Of a DNA stretch of 64,000 nucleotides, positions 50,574-60,101 are shown one piece after another. Source of the stretch: Candidatus Eiseniibacteriota bacterium (GTDB taxonomy: Bacteria; Eisenbacteria; RBG-16-71-46; JABDJR01); the NCBI GenBank assembly GCA_963783375.1, contig CAWANH010000028.1:1856001-1920000 (forward strand), read 5' to 3'. The position numbers and the translations under genes were made by a program. Below the pieces are notes generated by a model. That model was not told where the DNA came from. It did no database searches and was given only the letters and a program-made list of their open reading frames with translations. The stretch's first letter is position 1. Every line of letters starts with the position of its first letter.

Positions 50574-52750
50574 AGCCCGGCCAGATTTCCCCCCAGAAGC
50601 GCCCGCATCCGCGCCGGGCTGTAGCTTCCCGCCTTCCGGAGCGCTTCCACGAATCCCCAGAGATCGCTTTCGGGGGCGCGGGCGGCCCAGGGAACCAGGT
50701 CCAGGTGTACCCGGTCCGCACCCAACCGATCGATCACCGAGGCCAAAGTGTCGGCCTCCACCGGCCCGTCGAGGTCGGCCACGAAGACCGTGGTCTTCCG
50801 GGGCCAGGCTTCGGGGTGGGCCACCGCGCCGCCGTGTCCGGGGCGGAAGCGGACCGCGGCCTTGACCCCGGCCGGGAGCGCGGCCGACCACGCGCTGTCG
50901 GCGGGAATCACCAGCACCCGGCCGTTCCCGCCCAGCTCCTTCACGTAGCCGGTGTCCGCCGCTCCCGGCGCCCGGCCGCTCCATCGCACGAAGGCGACCC
51001 GGAGGTCGTCCATGAGCGCGAGGTTGGCGGGCTCGATCCGGGAGCGGACTCCGGTTTCCACCCCCAGGGCGAGCGCCCGCGCTCCCGCCTTCGACGCGCC
51101 GCGGATCCCGCCCAGGGACGCGGCCAGGGCGAAGCCGTCGTCGTCGGCCGCGCGCTTCTCGAAGCTTCCGAGCGCGGAGACGAAGGCGGGCTGGGGAAAC
51201 TCCCGGGCCCCGTACCAGCGCGCGCGGCCCCGGATCCAGCTCGGAGCATCGTCCGCGGTCACCCCGTCCAGGTCCACCTGGTCCGCGCCGTAGAGAAGCG
51301 TGCGGCCGTCGCGGTGCTCCACCGCCAGGGGATGGGGCCAGTCGGCCAGGGTTCGGATCCAGCGTTCGCTCATCCGACCCACCGAGCCCAGCACCTCCGG
51401 GGTGATCCAGGCCGCGTCGTCGTCCACCGAATGGTAGAACGGGTGGTCTCCCTCGCTCCACACCGTGAAGGCGGGGATGCCCAGGTTCCGGAACGAGGAA
51501 TGGTCGCTGGAGTCGCCCCCCCAGGCCCGGGCCGCCACCAGGCTCTCGGCGGTGGCGGGGGAGAGGGACGCCCGGAAGCCCTTCCAGATCCCGGGGAAGT
51601 ACTCCCCGCCTCCCAGCCCCACCTTGCCGTTCCCGTTGCCCTCCATGTCGAGGTTCACCATGGCCACCGCCCGGTCGAGGTCCACGGTGGGGTCGGCGGC
51701 AAAGGCCCTGGACCCCAGGAGCCCCTGCTCCTCTCCCGCGAAGGTGATGAAGACCAGGGTGCGGGCGGGGGGAGGACCGGCGGCGAACGAGCGGGCCAGC
51801 TCCATCACCACCGAGGCCCCGGAGCCGTTGTCGTCGGCGCCGTTGTAGACCACCCCGTTCCCGTTCGGCCCGAGGTGGTCCATGTGGCCGCCGATCACGA
51901 TCAGCTCGTCGGCGCGCGCGGGATCGGAGCCGCGGACGGCCCCGATCACGTTTCGCGCCGTGCCCTCGGTCCCCGCGGTCACCTCGGCCCGGAAGCGCAA
52001 TCGCTTTCCGGTGTCGAGCGGAAGCGGATGCTCTCCGAGCGCGATCTTGTAGGTCTTGGCATTGTAGCCGGAGTTCACCAGGAGCCGGTCGAGGAGCCGG
52101 GGTCCCACCATCGCCATGGGCACCGTCGGGTGATAGACCTCCCGGTGGATGGCCGCCCCGTTCACCGGATGGTCTCCCTGGAGAAAGAGCACCGCGACCG
52201 CGCCGCGGCGGACCGCCTCGGTGAGGGTGGAGTCGCGGGATCCCGCCTCGCTCCAGTCGTACCCGTTCCCGGGGGTGCCCCGAAGGATGAAGGCGATCTT
52301 CCCCCGGAGATCGACGTCCCCGTAGTCGTCCCACTTCCGGCCGGGGTCGCACAGTCCATGTCCTGCCAGGATCACGTCTGCGGTCACGTCTCCGCTCCCG
52401 GAGTTGGTGACCAGGTCGAAGTCGGCGCCGTAGACCATGGGCACCGGACCCATCGGATCGTCGAGGAGGGTCATCTCCGCGCCGCGTTCTTGCGTGACCA
52501 GAAGCGGCAGGGTCTGAAACCACGCGCCGTCTTTCCCCCCGGGCGCAAGACCCCATGCGGCGAACCGGCCGGCCACGAAGTCCTCGGTCATCCGGCCGCC
52601 CGCCGTGCCGCTCTTCCGGCCCTGGTAGCGGTCGGAGGCGAGGGTGTCCACCAGGGCCTTGGCCCGGGCGCCGTCGAAGGCGAGGGCGGGCCGGAGGCCG
52701 GAGAGGGAAAAACCCACGAGGAGGAGGAAGACGATGCGTCGCTCAGCCAT
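50570..52750 (-). CDS. Secreted M28 family peptidase with PA domain and extra C-terminal domain
   Basis: LASDRYQGR, GGHMDHLG, NGADDNGSG, GEEQGLLGS, NLDM, SDH, YHSVDD. Confidence 0.88.
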   Translation of the reverse strand: MAERRIVFLLLVGFSLSGLRPALAFDGARAKALVDTLASDRYQGRKSGTAGGRMTEDFVAGRFAAWGLAPGGKDGAWFQTLPLLVTQERGAEMTLLDDPMGPVPMVYGADFDLVTNSGSGDVTADVILAGHGLCDPGRKWDDYGDVDLRGKIAFILRGTPGNGYDWSEAGSRDSTLTEAVRRGAVAVLFLQGDHPVNGAAIHREVYHPTVPMAMVGPRLLDRLLVNSGYNAKTYKIALGEHPLPLDTGKRLRFRAEVTAGTEGTARNVIGAVRGSDPARADELIVIGGHMDHLGPNGNGVVYNGADDNGSGASVVMELARSFAAGPPPARTLVFITFAGEEQGLLGSRAFAADPTVDLDRAVAMVNLDMEGNGNGKVGLGGGEYFPGIWKGFRASLSPATAESLVAARAWGGDSSDHSSFRNLGIPAFTVWSEGDHPFYHSVDDDAAWITPEVLGSVGRMSERWIRTLADWPHPLAVEHRDGRTLLYGADQVDLDGVTADDAPSWIRGRARWYGAREFPQPAFVSALGSFEKRAADDDGFALAASLGGIRGASKAGARALALGVETGVRSRIEPANLALMDDLRVAFVRWSGRAPGAADTGYVKELGGNGRVLVIPADSAWSAALPAGVKAAVRFRPGHGGAVAHPEAWPRKTTVFVADLDGPVEADTLASVIDRLGADRVHLDLVPWAARAPESDLWGFVEALRKAGSYSPARMRALLGGNLAGL

Positions 52751-52894
52751 GGAACGCTCCTTCGATCGGTGACGGGGGCGCGGGTGAGGCCAATATAGTC
52801 AACGCCGCCCGAGCGGAACAGGCGTATTCAAGGGGCGGCCCGGGCCCGAAGCACGGAGCGTCGACGCATCCGGCCGGGACATCCCGATTGGCGG

Positions 52895-54961
52895 CTACGG
52901 GGAGCCCGGTTTGTCGGCCATGCCGCCCCCCGCGGCCAGACGATCGAGGGCCCGGCGGGCCTTCCGGTTCCCCGGCTCGACGGCGAGCGCTTGCCGGTAC
53001 GCCGACGCCGCGTCCCCGGGCCGGCCGCTGGCCTCCAGGACCAGCCCGAGGTTCGTGTAGGCGCGCACGTAGCCCGGTTCCTCGGCGATCAGCTCGCGGA
53101 AGACCGACTCCGCCGTCCCCAGGTCCCCGAGCTTGTAGCGGCAGAGGCCGATGTTGTTGGTCATGCTCACCGCCTGGGCCCGGTTCCCCTCGGCCTGGTA
53201 GCGGATGCGCAGGGACTCGAAGGCGGTCAGGGCTTCGGCGTAGCGACGGTCGAAGTAGAGCCGCTCCGCGGCGATCCGGTCCCGGTCGGCTCCGGACATC
53301 GGCGCCGGCGGCCTGGATTCCCGGCCCCCCCGGGCGAAGCTCCGGCCCAGCTCGGCGAGACGGCGGGCTTCGGCGTCGTTTCCGCGGGTCGCTTCGATCG
53401 CGGCCAGGGCCTCGTAGGCCGGGGGAAACCGGGGGTCGATGTCCAGGGATCTCCGGAGCATGGCCTCTGCCGCCCGGTCGTCGCCGCGTTCCTTGTAGAG
53501 CACGCCGAAGTTGTAGTAGTCGACCCGCTTCACCGACTGCAGGGTCATGAGCCGGTCCCGGGTGTTGCAGAAGACCAGGAGTCCGGCGAGCAGCAGGCCG
53601 GCCACCGCGGCCTCGCCCCCGCTGATCCCGGCCGGACGCGGCCCGCGCCCCCCGCCCAGGCGCACCCCGGGGCGCCGCCGGGCCCGGAAATCCCGCGCCA
53701 CCGCGGCGGGGATCGACGCCGCGAACACCAGGAGCACCGGCAGCACCGGCAGGCGGTACTCGGCCGAGACGTAGAAGAGGAGCGCGGTCAGGAGATACAC
53801 CGAGCCGTAGAGATAGAGGATCAGGTGCTCCCGCCATCGTCGCCTCGAAAGATACATCCCGACCAGTCCCAACGGCGCCACCGTCCCGAACCCCAGGACC
53901 AGGAAGCGGAGGAGTCCGGAGTAGTCCCGGGCGAAGTAGAAGTTCAGGTTGGTGGGGGATTCGGTGCGGTTCCAGAAGTAGTAGAACTTCCGCGCGGTGA
54001 GGCGAAGCTCCCGTCCCGGGTGGTCGACCGCCCAGCTCACGCCCTTCCGGAACAGAACCGCCGAGGCCTCGGCCAGGGTGACCGGGCGCCCCAGTTCGGC
54101 GGAGACCGCCTTCACCGCCCCCGTCACCTCCCCTTCGTAGGCGGCGGTGGCCGCGAAGTCGGGAAGGGCGTAGAGGCCGGTGGCCCGGTCGTTGTGCCCG
54201 ATGTAGAACGCGGCGTAGTTCGCGGAGAGGGGGACGAAGCGCCCCTCCACCAGGGCGTTCCGGACGGTCATGGCCGCGGGGAGGAGGAGGGCGGCGGCGG
54301 TGAAGAGCGCCCACCGCGCGACCGCCCTTCGTCGGGACCCGGAAACCGTGGCGAAGAACCAGAGGCTCAAGGGAACCAGGAGGAGGCTGTTCCCGCGTCC
54401 GAGCGAGGCCAGGCCCAGGGCCAGACCGGCGGGGACGAGAAGCCGCGCGCTTCGAAGGTCGCGGTAGAGGATCAGGAGGAGGAGCGCGGCGGTGGAGAGG
54501 AGGTTGATGAGAACCGGGGTGAGAAGCGCTCCGGTATAGAAGACCGAGGGAGCGTAGACCGCGGCGGCCAGCCCCGCGGTCCAGGCGGCGATCCGGCCGA
54601 ACACCCGGCCGGCGAGGAGAAAGACGAGGGCCGCGGTGAGCGATCCCAGGACCGCCTGCGCCGCCAGCACCGGGCCGTTCCCGCCGCCGGTGAGCTTCAG
54701 GACCGCGGCCAGGAAGTAGGGATAGAGGAGGTTCATCGAGTAGACCTCCTCTCCGTGGAACGTTCCGGAGAGGATGAGCCCGGCGAAGCGATGGTAGGTG
54801 TCGGAGTCGATGAGGAGGAGATCGGTGAGCGGGGTGCCGTGGATCTGAAAGAGGTAGACCGCCCGCACCGCCAGCGCGGCGAGAAACACGGTGAGGGCGC
54901 CGCGGGTCGCCCGGATCCGGGCGCTTCCGGCGCCCGAGGGCGCGGGTGGTGGCGTGGGCAT
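52895..54961 (-). CDS. GT-C fold (ArnT/PMT-like) membrane glycosyltransferase with C-terminal TPRs
   Basis: 'DSDTYH.FA', 'LYPYFLA', multiple TM segments, 'NFYIGHN'-like AAFYIGHN, 'EYRLP'; TPR repeats (YYNFG, NNIG, YTNLG). Confidence 0.8.
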   Translation of the reverse strand: MPTPPPAPSGAGSARIRATRGALTVFLAALAVRAVYLFQIHGTPLTDLLLIDSDTYHRFAGLILSGTFHGEEVYSMNLLYPYFLAAVLKLTGGGNGPVLAAQAVLGSLTAALVFLLAGRVFGRIAAWTAGLAAAVYAPSVFYTGALLTPVLINLLSTAALLLLILYRDLRSARLLVPAGLALGLASLGRGNSLLLVPLSLWFFATVSGSRRRAVARWALFTAAALLLPAAMTVRNALVEGRFVPLSANYAAFYIGHNDRATGLYALPDFAATAAYEGEVTGAVKAVSAELGRPVTLAEASAVLFRKGVSWAVDHPGRELRLTARKFYYFWNRTESPTNLNFYFARDYSGLLRFLVLGFGTVAPLGLVGMYLSRRRWREHLILYLYGSVYLLTALLFYVSAEYRLPVLPVLLVFAASIPAAVARDFRARRRPGVRLGGGRGPRPAGISGGEAAVAGLLLAGLLVFCNTRDRLMTLQSVKRVDYYNFGVLYKERGDDRAAEAMLRRSLDIDPRFPPAYEALAAIEATRGNDAEARRLAELGRSFARGGRESRPPAPMSGADRDRIAAERLYFDRRYAEALTAFESLRIRYQAEGNRAQAVSMTNNIGLCRYKLGDLGTAESVFRELIAEEPGYVRAYTNLGLVLEASGRPGDAASAYRQALAVEPGNRKARRALDRLAAGGGMADKPGSP

Positions 54962-55032
54962 GCTCCTCCGGAGGATGACGGACCGGTGCGGGACGGGCCC
55001 GCGTGGTGCGGGCGATTCCAGACCATATGAAG

Positions 55033-55116
55033 TGACCGGTCTCGCAATCCGTAGAATCGCGGGCTATCAGGCGGTGGCCGTCTGAATACCGCATACGGAT
55101 GAAAGGAGACCGGTCA
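55033..55116 (+). ncRNA. Structured non-coding element at the IS110 left end (candidate bridge-RNA segment)
   Basis: Nested stems TGACCGGTCTC/GAGACCGGTCA, ATCCGTA/TACGGAT and TCAGGCGG/CCGTCTGA with internal loops, directly upstream of the transposase ATG. Confidence 0.45.
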
Positions 55117-55313
55117 TGGCGAAGCGTATCACGTAGGTGGGGATGGATGATTCCAAGAAGGATCTGGCGGTGGCGGTGGTGCGTGGGGAGCGGGCGAGGG
55201 AGGTGGCGGAGCGGACGATCCCGAACGAGGACAAGGCGTTGCGGCGGTGGGCACGGCGGCTGGAACGGGAGTCGGGTGGGGGTCGGATCCGGATGTGCTA
55301 CGAGGCGGGCCCG
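55116..55313 (+). pseudogene. IS110-family transposase fragment (DEDD N-terminus, nonsense mutation, truncated)
   Basis: RBS AAGGAG, then MAKRIT*VGMDDSKKDLAVAVV...TIPN...CYEAGP; TAG at 55134 where Tyr is expected; similarity ends after YEAGP. Confidence 0.8.
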
Positions 55314-55479
55314 GTGGCGGGTCCGCCCCGCTCTTCGGGCTCCGCCCGGCGATCCGGAACGCGCGTGCCCGCCCCGCCGGGAAGGAGTATCCTTTCCCGC
55401 CGGGCTCACCGGAGCGGGGGCCGGGCGCGCAACCGGCCGAGCGACCCGCGGCGGGGCATCGGGGAAAGGGGTGTGGATC

Positions 55480-56679
55480 ATGACGGCGACCAAGGGCACC
55501 ATCGGCATTCTCACCGGAGGCGGCGACGTTCCCGGGCTGAACCCGGCCATCCGCGCGGTCACCCTCCGGGCCCTCCACGAGGGATACCGGGTTCTCGGCC
55601 TCCAGCGGGGCTGGGCCGGGCTCACCGAGCTGGTTCCCCATTCCGGCGCGGACAACCGGGAACACGTGATCGAGCTCACCGAGGACATCGTGAACCGGGT
55701 GGGCCGGACCGGGGGGACCTTCCTCCACACCTCGCGTACCCGGCCGAGCCACCTCCCGCGCCTCGCCCTGCCCGAGCACCTCCGGGACCGCTACCCCGGA
55801 GAGATCAGCGACATCACCCCCGATGTGCTCCGGAACCTCGAGTTCCTCGGGGTGGACGTGCTCATCCCCATCGGCGGCGACGACACCCTGAGCTACGCCC
55901 ATCGCCTCCATACCGAGGGCATGAAGGTGGTGGCCATCCCCAAGACCATGGACAACGACGTCCCCGGCACCGACTACTGCGTGGGGTTCAGCACCTGCAT
56001 CACCCGGACCATCGAGCTCACCCACCGGCTCCGCACCACCGCAGGCTCCCACGAGCGCTTCCTGGTCATCGAGGTGTTCGGGCGCTACGCGGGATACACC
56101 GTGCTGCTCCCCACCCTGGCCGGGGCCGCGGACCGGTGCGTGATTCCGGAGTGCCCCTTCGAGGCGGAGCGCCTGGCCGAGATCCTGAGCGCGGACCGCC
56201 GGCGGAATCCGAGCCGCTACGCGGTGGTCCTGGTCTCCGAGGGCGCGCGGATGGCCGGGGAAGGGGACATGGTGTACGAGAGCGAGGAGACCGACCAGTA
56301 CGGCCACAAACGGCTGGGGGGGATCGGCGACCACGTGGCGGTGCGCCTGAAGGAGCTTTCCCCGAAGTACAACGCCGGCCAGCGGGTGAGCGTGGTGAGC
56401 CAGCGGCTGGGCTACCTGGTCCGCTGCGGCGACCCCGACGCCCTGGACTCCGTGGTCCCCATGGCCTTCGGAAACCTCGCCCTGGATCTGGTCCTGGCCG
56501 GGGAGACCGGACGGTTGGTGAGCGTGCGGAAGGGAGTCTTCGACGCGGTTCCCCTGGACGTGGTCTCGGGTCCCAAGAAGTTCGTGGACGTTGAGCGATC
56601 CTACGAACCGGACCGGCTCCGTCCGAAATACGCGCGCTTCCAGGGCCGCCCTCTCCTGATGATGTCCGGCGAGGCGTGA
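55480..56679 (+). CDS. pfkA: 6-phosphofructokinase, likely PPi-dependent
   Basis: ILTGGGDVPGLN, GGTFLHTSR, GGDDT, PKTMDND, EVFGR, SEGA. Confidence 0.9.
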   Translation: MTATKGTIGILTGGGDVPGLNPAIRAVTLRALHEGYRVLGLQRGWAGLTELVPHSGADNREHVIELTEDIVNRVGRTGGTFLHTSRTRPSHLPRLALPEHLRDRYPGEISDITPDVLRNLEFLGVDVLIPIGGDDTLSYAHRLHTEGMKVVAIPKTMDNDVPGTDYCVGFSTCITRTIELTHRLRTTAGSHERFLVIEVFGRYAGYTVLLPTLAGAADRCVIPECPFEAERLAEILSADRRRNPSRYAVVLVSEGARMAGEGDMVYESEETDQYGHKRLGGIGDHVAVRLKELSPKYNAGQRVSVVSQRLGYLVRCGDPDALDSVVPMAFGNLALDLVLAGETGRLVSVRKGVFDAVPLDVVSGPKKFVDVERSYEPDRLRPKYARFQGRPLLMMSGEA

Positions 56680-56749
56680 CCGAAGCGCCCAACCGGCGCG
56701 CTCCCAACTCCTTGTCCGCCTGACCCGGGCGTCCCCGCCGTTTTCCGGG

Positions 56750-56776
56750 TAAGGATGTCCGGCCCCCTGCCGATAA
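56750..56776 (+). promoter_or_regulatory. Sigma28 (FliA) promoter
   Basis: TAAG-N15-GCCGATAA, near-consensus to TAAA-N15-GCCGATAA, 55 bp upstream of the HAD gene. Confidence 0.8.
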
Positions 56777-56830
56777 CCGTGCAAAACGCAATCCCGGGGA
56801 CCGTCCCGGACCACGGCAAGGGGGGGAACA

Positions 56831-59287
56831 TTGGCCGACCGCCGCATCCGCGACATCGAACGCCTCATCGAATCGGGGCGCTACGCGCTCCTGAGCCTGG
56901 ACCTCTTCGACACCGTCATCTGGCGGATGGTGCCCGAACCGCGCGACGCCTTCTTCCTGGTGGCCCGCCGCCTCCTGGAGCGCGGTTGGATGCGCCCCTC
57001 CTCCTCCCCCGAGAGCTTCCTCAAGGAACGCGTCGGGGCCGAGGAGCGGGCCCGGCTGAACGTGGCCTCGCGGGAGGTGACCCTGGCCGAGATCTACGCC
57101 GCCTTTCCCCGGGGCTACCTCCACGGCGCCGCCCCGGCCGACGTGGCCGATCTGGAGTTCGAGGTGGAGCGGGAACTGGTGCGGGTGAACCCCGACATGC
57201 GGGCCCTGATCGCCCGGGCCCGGGATCGGGGTCTCGAGGTGGCCTTCGTCTCCGACAGCTATTTCACCGCCGACCAGATCCGGGTCCTGGCGGGGATCGA
57301 ACCGGATCACCTGCTCGTCTCCTCCGCCGAACGGATCTCCAAGTACCAGGGCCTCCACCGCCTCCTGATCGAGCGGGCGGGGGTCGAGCCTTCGCGCGTG
57401 CTCCACGTGGGAAACGACTACCACGCCGACGTCGAGGGACCGGCCGCGTTCGGCCTCGACCGCTACTGGTTCCGGGTCTGGCCCGAGGCCTACGAGGATC
57501 TGCCGAAGCGCGAGCTTCCCTCCACCCTGAGCGAGCGGGCGGCGGCGCTCACCGGCCACGACGCGGGCCTCACCACGCTCCGGAGCCGGACCATGGCCGC
57601 GTGCTCCGACGAGTACGAGCGCTGGGGGGCGGGGATTCTCGGGCCGGTGGTGGCGGGTTTCGCGGACTGGGCGGCCGGCCGCTGCCGCGAGCTGGGCATC
57701 GACACCGTGCTCTGCCTCATGCGGGAAGGCCGGGTGCTGAAGGCGGTGCTGGACGACCTCGATTCGGGGCTGGCCGCCCGGGAACTCTACATCTCCCGCT
57801 ACGCCGCCCGGAAAGCGGCCATCCTGGACGGGACCGAGGATGAGCTCCTGCGCTTCGCCTTCCGTCCCTCCCCGGAGGCCCGCGGGGTGATCCTGGAGCA
57901 GCTCGGCCTGGATCCGGAGGACCTGGACTCCGCGGACCCCGGGGAGCGCCTGGACCCCAAGGCCTCCCGCGCCCTCATTCGACGGGTCGCCGCGGACCGC
58001 GCGCTCCGGGAGAAGGTTCTCCGGGACGCCGCGCGGGTCCGGGCCGGGCTCCTGGCCCACCTCCACCGGGTCCTCGGCGAAACGCGCGCCGAGCGAATCG
58101 CGGTGATGGACCTCGGCTACAAGGGCACCATCCAGGAGTGCCTGCAACGCATCCTGGAGCGCGAGAACCCCAAGCTCACCACCCACGGGTTCTACCTGGT
58201 GACCGGGGGAGAGGTCCACGAGACCCAGGCCACCGGCGCGGTGGTGGAGGGGTGGCTGGCCGAGAACGGACAGCCGATCGCGGTGGCCCACACCTTCATG
58301 CGCTCCCCCGAGATCGTGGAGCAGAGCCTCATGGCCCCCTGCGGAAGCACCGTGGGCTACGCCGCGGACGGCGAGCCGGTGCTGGGGGAGAACCCGATCG
58401 GACCCGAGCAGGGGGGCCGGATCGAGGCGGTCCAGCAGGGGATCCGCCGCTGGGCCCGGGCCTGGCGGGAGCACAAGGACACCCACCGCGTCACCGACCC
58501 GGGCGGGCTCAAGGAGTTCTACCGGAACATCTGCATCGCCTCGGTGGCCCGGCCGCTCCCGGTGGAGCTGGAGCTGTTCGGGGACTGGCGGCACGACGAG
58601 AACTTCGGCTCCCGCCGCACCCGCGGACTGGCCGAGGCGGAGGGACTCTCCGCCTGGGAGCTGGATCATCTTTCGCCCCACCAGCTGGCCAGCCTCCCCA
58701 TGTCCCGCCTCCACTGGCCCTTCGGCCTGGCCCGCCGGATGGGCCCGGTGATGGGGGAGGCGGTGACCCACATCTTTCTCCGCACCGCCGAGCCCTCGGT
58801 CTTCGATTCCGGCCATCCCGATCAGGTGATGGCGGTCTACTGGGACACCGGGGCCGGCTTCAACCGCGATCAGTCCAAGGTAATCCCCTACCGGTTGAAC
58901 CACCGGGGGCGGGTCTGGCAGCGGGTCACCCTCCGGCGGGACGGCCAGGGGCGCACCGCCTCGCGCCTGGCCTTCAGCATCGGGATCCCGGGGCAGGTCG
59001 TCCAGTTCACCGGGGTCGCTCTCGCCGAGGCCTCGGGGGAGCGGGCCGGAGAGCCGCGTCGGCTGACCCATGAGGGGATCGAACGGCACGGCTACCGGCC
59101 CCTCCACGGGAACCTCTACCTGGTGGAAGAGGACCCGGCGGTGTTCGTGGTGCCGGTGGAGGAACGCGACCCCGGGGCGGAGCGGATCGAGGTGGACATC
59201 TTTTTCGGCCTGGTGATGGCCGCGGAACCCGCGGCGGAGGTCGTGGCGCCCGCCCCGGCCGAGCCCGCGGTTCTCCAGGAGGGTTGA
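56831..59287 (+). CDS. HAD-like hydrolase multidomain protein of glycan-biosynthesis type
   Basis: LSLDLFDT motif I, VSDSY, HVGND..ADV; later 'CLMREG', 'ISRY', 'DLGYKGTIQ' segments typical of polysaccharide-locus HAD proteins. Confidence 0.7.
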   Translation: MADRRIRDIERLIESGRYALLSLDLFDTVIWRMVPEPRDAFFLVARRLLERGWMRPSSSPESFLKERVGAEERARLNVASREVTLAEIYAAFPRGYLHGAAPADVADLEFEVERELVRVNPDMRALIARARDRGLEVAFVSDSYFTADQIRVLAGIEPDHLLVSSAERISKYQGLHRLLIERAGVEPSRVLHVGNDYHADVEGPAAFGLDRYWFRVWPEAYEDLPKRELPSTLSERAAALTGHDAGLTTLRSRTMAACSDEYERWGAGILGPVVAGFADWAAGRCRELGIDTVLCLMREGRVLKAVLDDLDSGLAARELYISRYAARKAAILDGTEDELLRFAFRPSPEARGVILEQLGLDPEDLDSADPGERLDPKASRALIRRVAADRALREKVLRDAARVRAGLLAHLHRVLGETRAERIAVMDLGYKGTIQECLQRILERENPKLTTHGFYLVTGGEVHETQATGAVVEGWLAENGQPIAVAHTFMRSPEIVEQSLMAPCGSTVGYAADGEPVLGENPIGPEQGGRIEAVQQGIRRWARAWREHKDTHRVTDPGGLKEFYRNICIASVARPLPVELELFGDWRHDENFGSRRTRGLAEAEGLSAWELDHLSPHQLASLPMSRLHWPFGLARRMGPVMGEAVTHIFLRTAEPSVFDSGHPDQVMAVYWDTGAGFNRDQSKVIPYRLNHRGRVWQRVTLRRDGQGRTASRLAFSIGIPGQVVQFTGVALAEASGERAGEPRRLTHEGIERHGYRPLHGNLYLVEEDPAVFVVPVEERDPGAERIEVDIFFGLVMAAEPAAEVVAPAPAEPAVLQEG

Positions 59288-59288
59288 G

Positions 59289-60101
59289 ATGGCGGAGCTG
59301 TTGCTTCATTCGCTGGCCGAGTTCGGCGAGATCGTGCTCGGCGTGTTGCAGTTGTCCGGGGCGCGAAGCGTGGTGGAGGTAGGCTCGGAGTACGGGACCA
59401 TGACCCGGCTCCTGGCCGCCCACGCCGCGGAGCGGGAAGGATCGCTGGTGGCGGTGGACCCCGCGCCCTCGGCGGGAGCGCGGCGGCTCTTCGACGAAAC
59501 CCCCGCCGCCGAGCTGATCGAAAAGCCGAGCCTGGAAGCGCTCGGCGACCTCGCCGCCGACGCCTACGTGGTGGACGGGGACCACAATTATTTCACCGTG
59601 ATCGAGGAATCACGTTTGATATGGGAGACCACCCGGCGGGCGGGGAAGCCGTTCCTGGTCTTCTACCACGACGTGGCCTGGCCCTGGGGCCGGCGCGACC
59701 TCTACTACGATCCCGGGCGGATTCCCGCCGGGCACCGGCATCCCTTCACCTGGGACCACGGGGTGGTTCCGGGGGAACCGGGAGTGGTGGAGGGCGGATT
59801 CCGCGGCGAAGGGGGATGGGCCTGCGCGCTCCGCGAGGGGGGACCCCAGAACGGGGTGCTCACCGCCATCGAGGACTTCGTCCCGGGAAAGGAGGAAGAA
59901 CTCCTGTGGGCGGCGATCCCGGCGGTGTTCGGTCTCGGGGTGCTGTTCGAACGGAACGCGCCGTGGTCCGAGGCGGTGCAGGGTTTCCTGCTCCCCTATC
60001 ACGAGAACCCGCTCCTGGCCCGCCTGGAGCAGAACCGGCTCGAGTGCTACCTCCGGGTGATCGAGTGGCAGGACCGGAACCATGCCGAACACGCTGCGTG
60101 A
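59289..60101 (+). CDS. Class I SAM-dependent methyltransferase (Methyltransf_24-like)
   Basis: VVEVGSEYG, AVDP, VDGDHNY, YHDV.WP.GRRD.YY, NGVLTAIEDF. Confidence 0.82.
   Translation: MAELLLHSLAEFGEIVLGVLQLSGARSVVEVGSEYGTMTRLLAAHAAEREGSLVAVDPAPSAGARRLFDETPAAELIEKPSLEALGDLAADAYVVDGDHNYFTVIEESRLIWETTRRAGKPFLVFYHDVAWPWGRRDLYYDPGRIPAGHRHPFTWDHGVVPGEPGVVEGGFRGEGGWACALREGGPQNGVLTAIEDFVPGKEEELLWAAIPAVFGLGVLFERNAPWSEAVQGFLLPYHENPLLARLEQNRLECYLRVIEWQDRNHAEHAA

Noticed and set aside
55137-56594. 485-aa ORF as a full-length IS110 transposase
   Set aside because: Transposase similarity stops at YEAGP (~55313); the rest is an off-frame read-through of pfk.
49961-59107. Very long antisense or alternate-frame ORFs (49961-52798, 52743-55730, 56066-59107; likewise 2952-5534, 26228-28648, 38497-40764)
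   Set aside because: They mirror well-supported genes, lack motifs, and are expected in high-GC DNA where stop codons are scarce.
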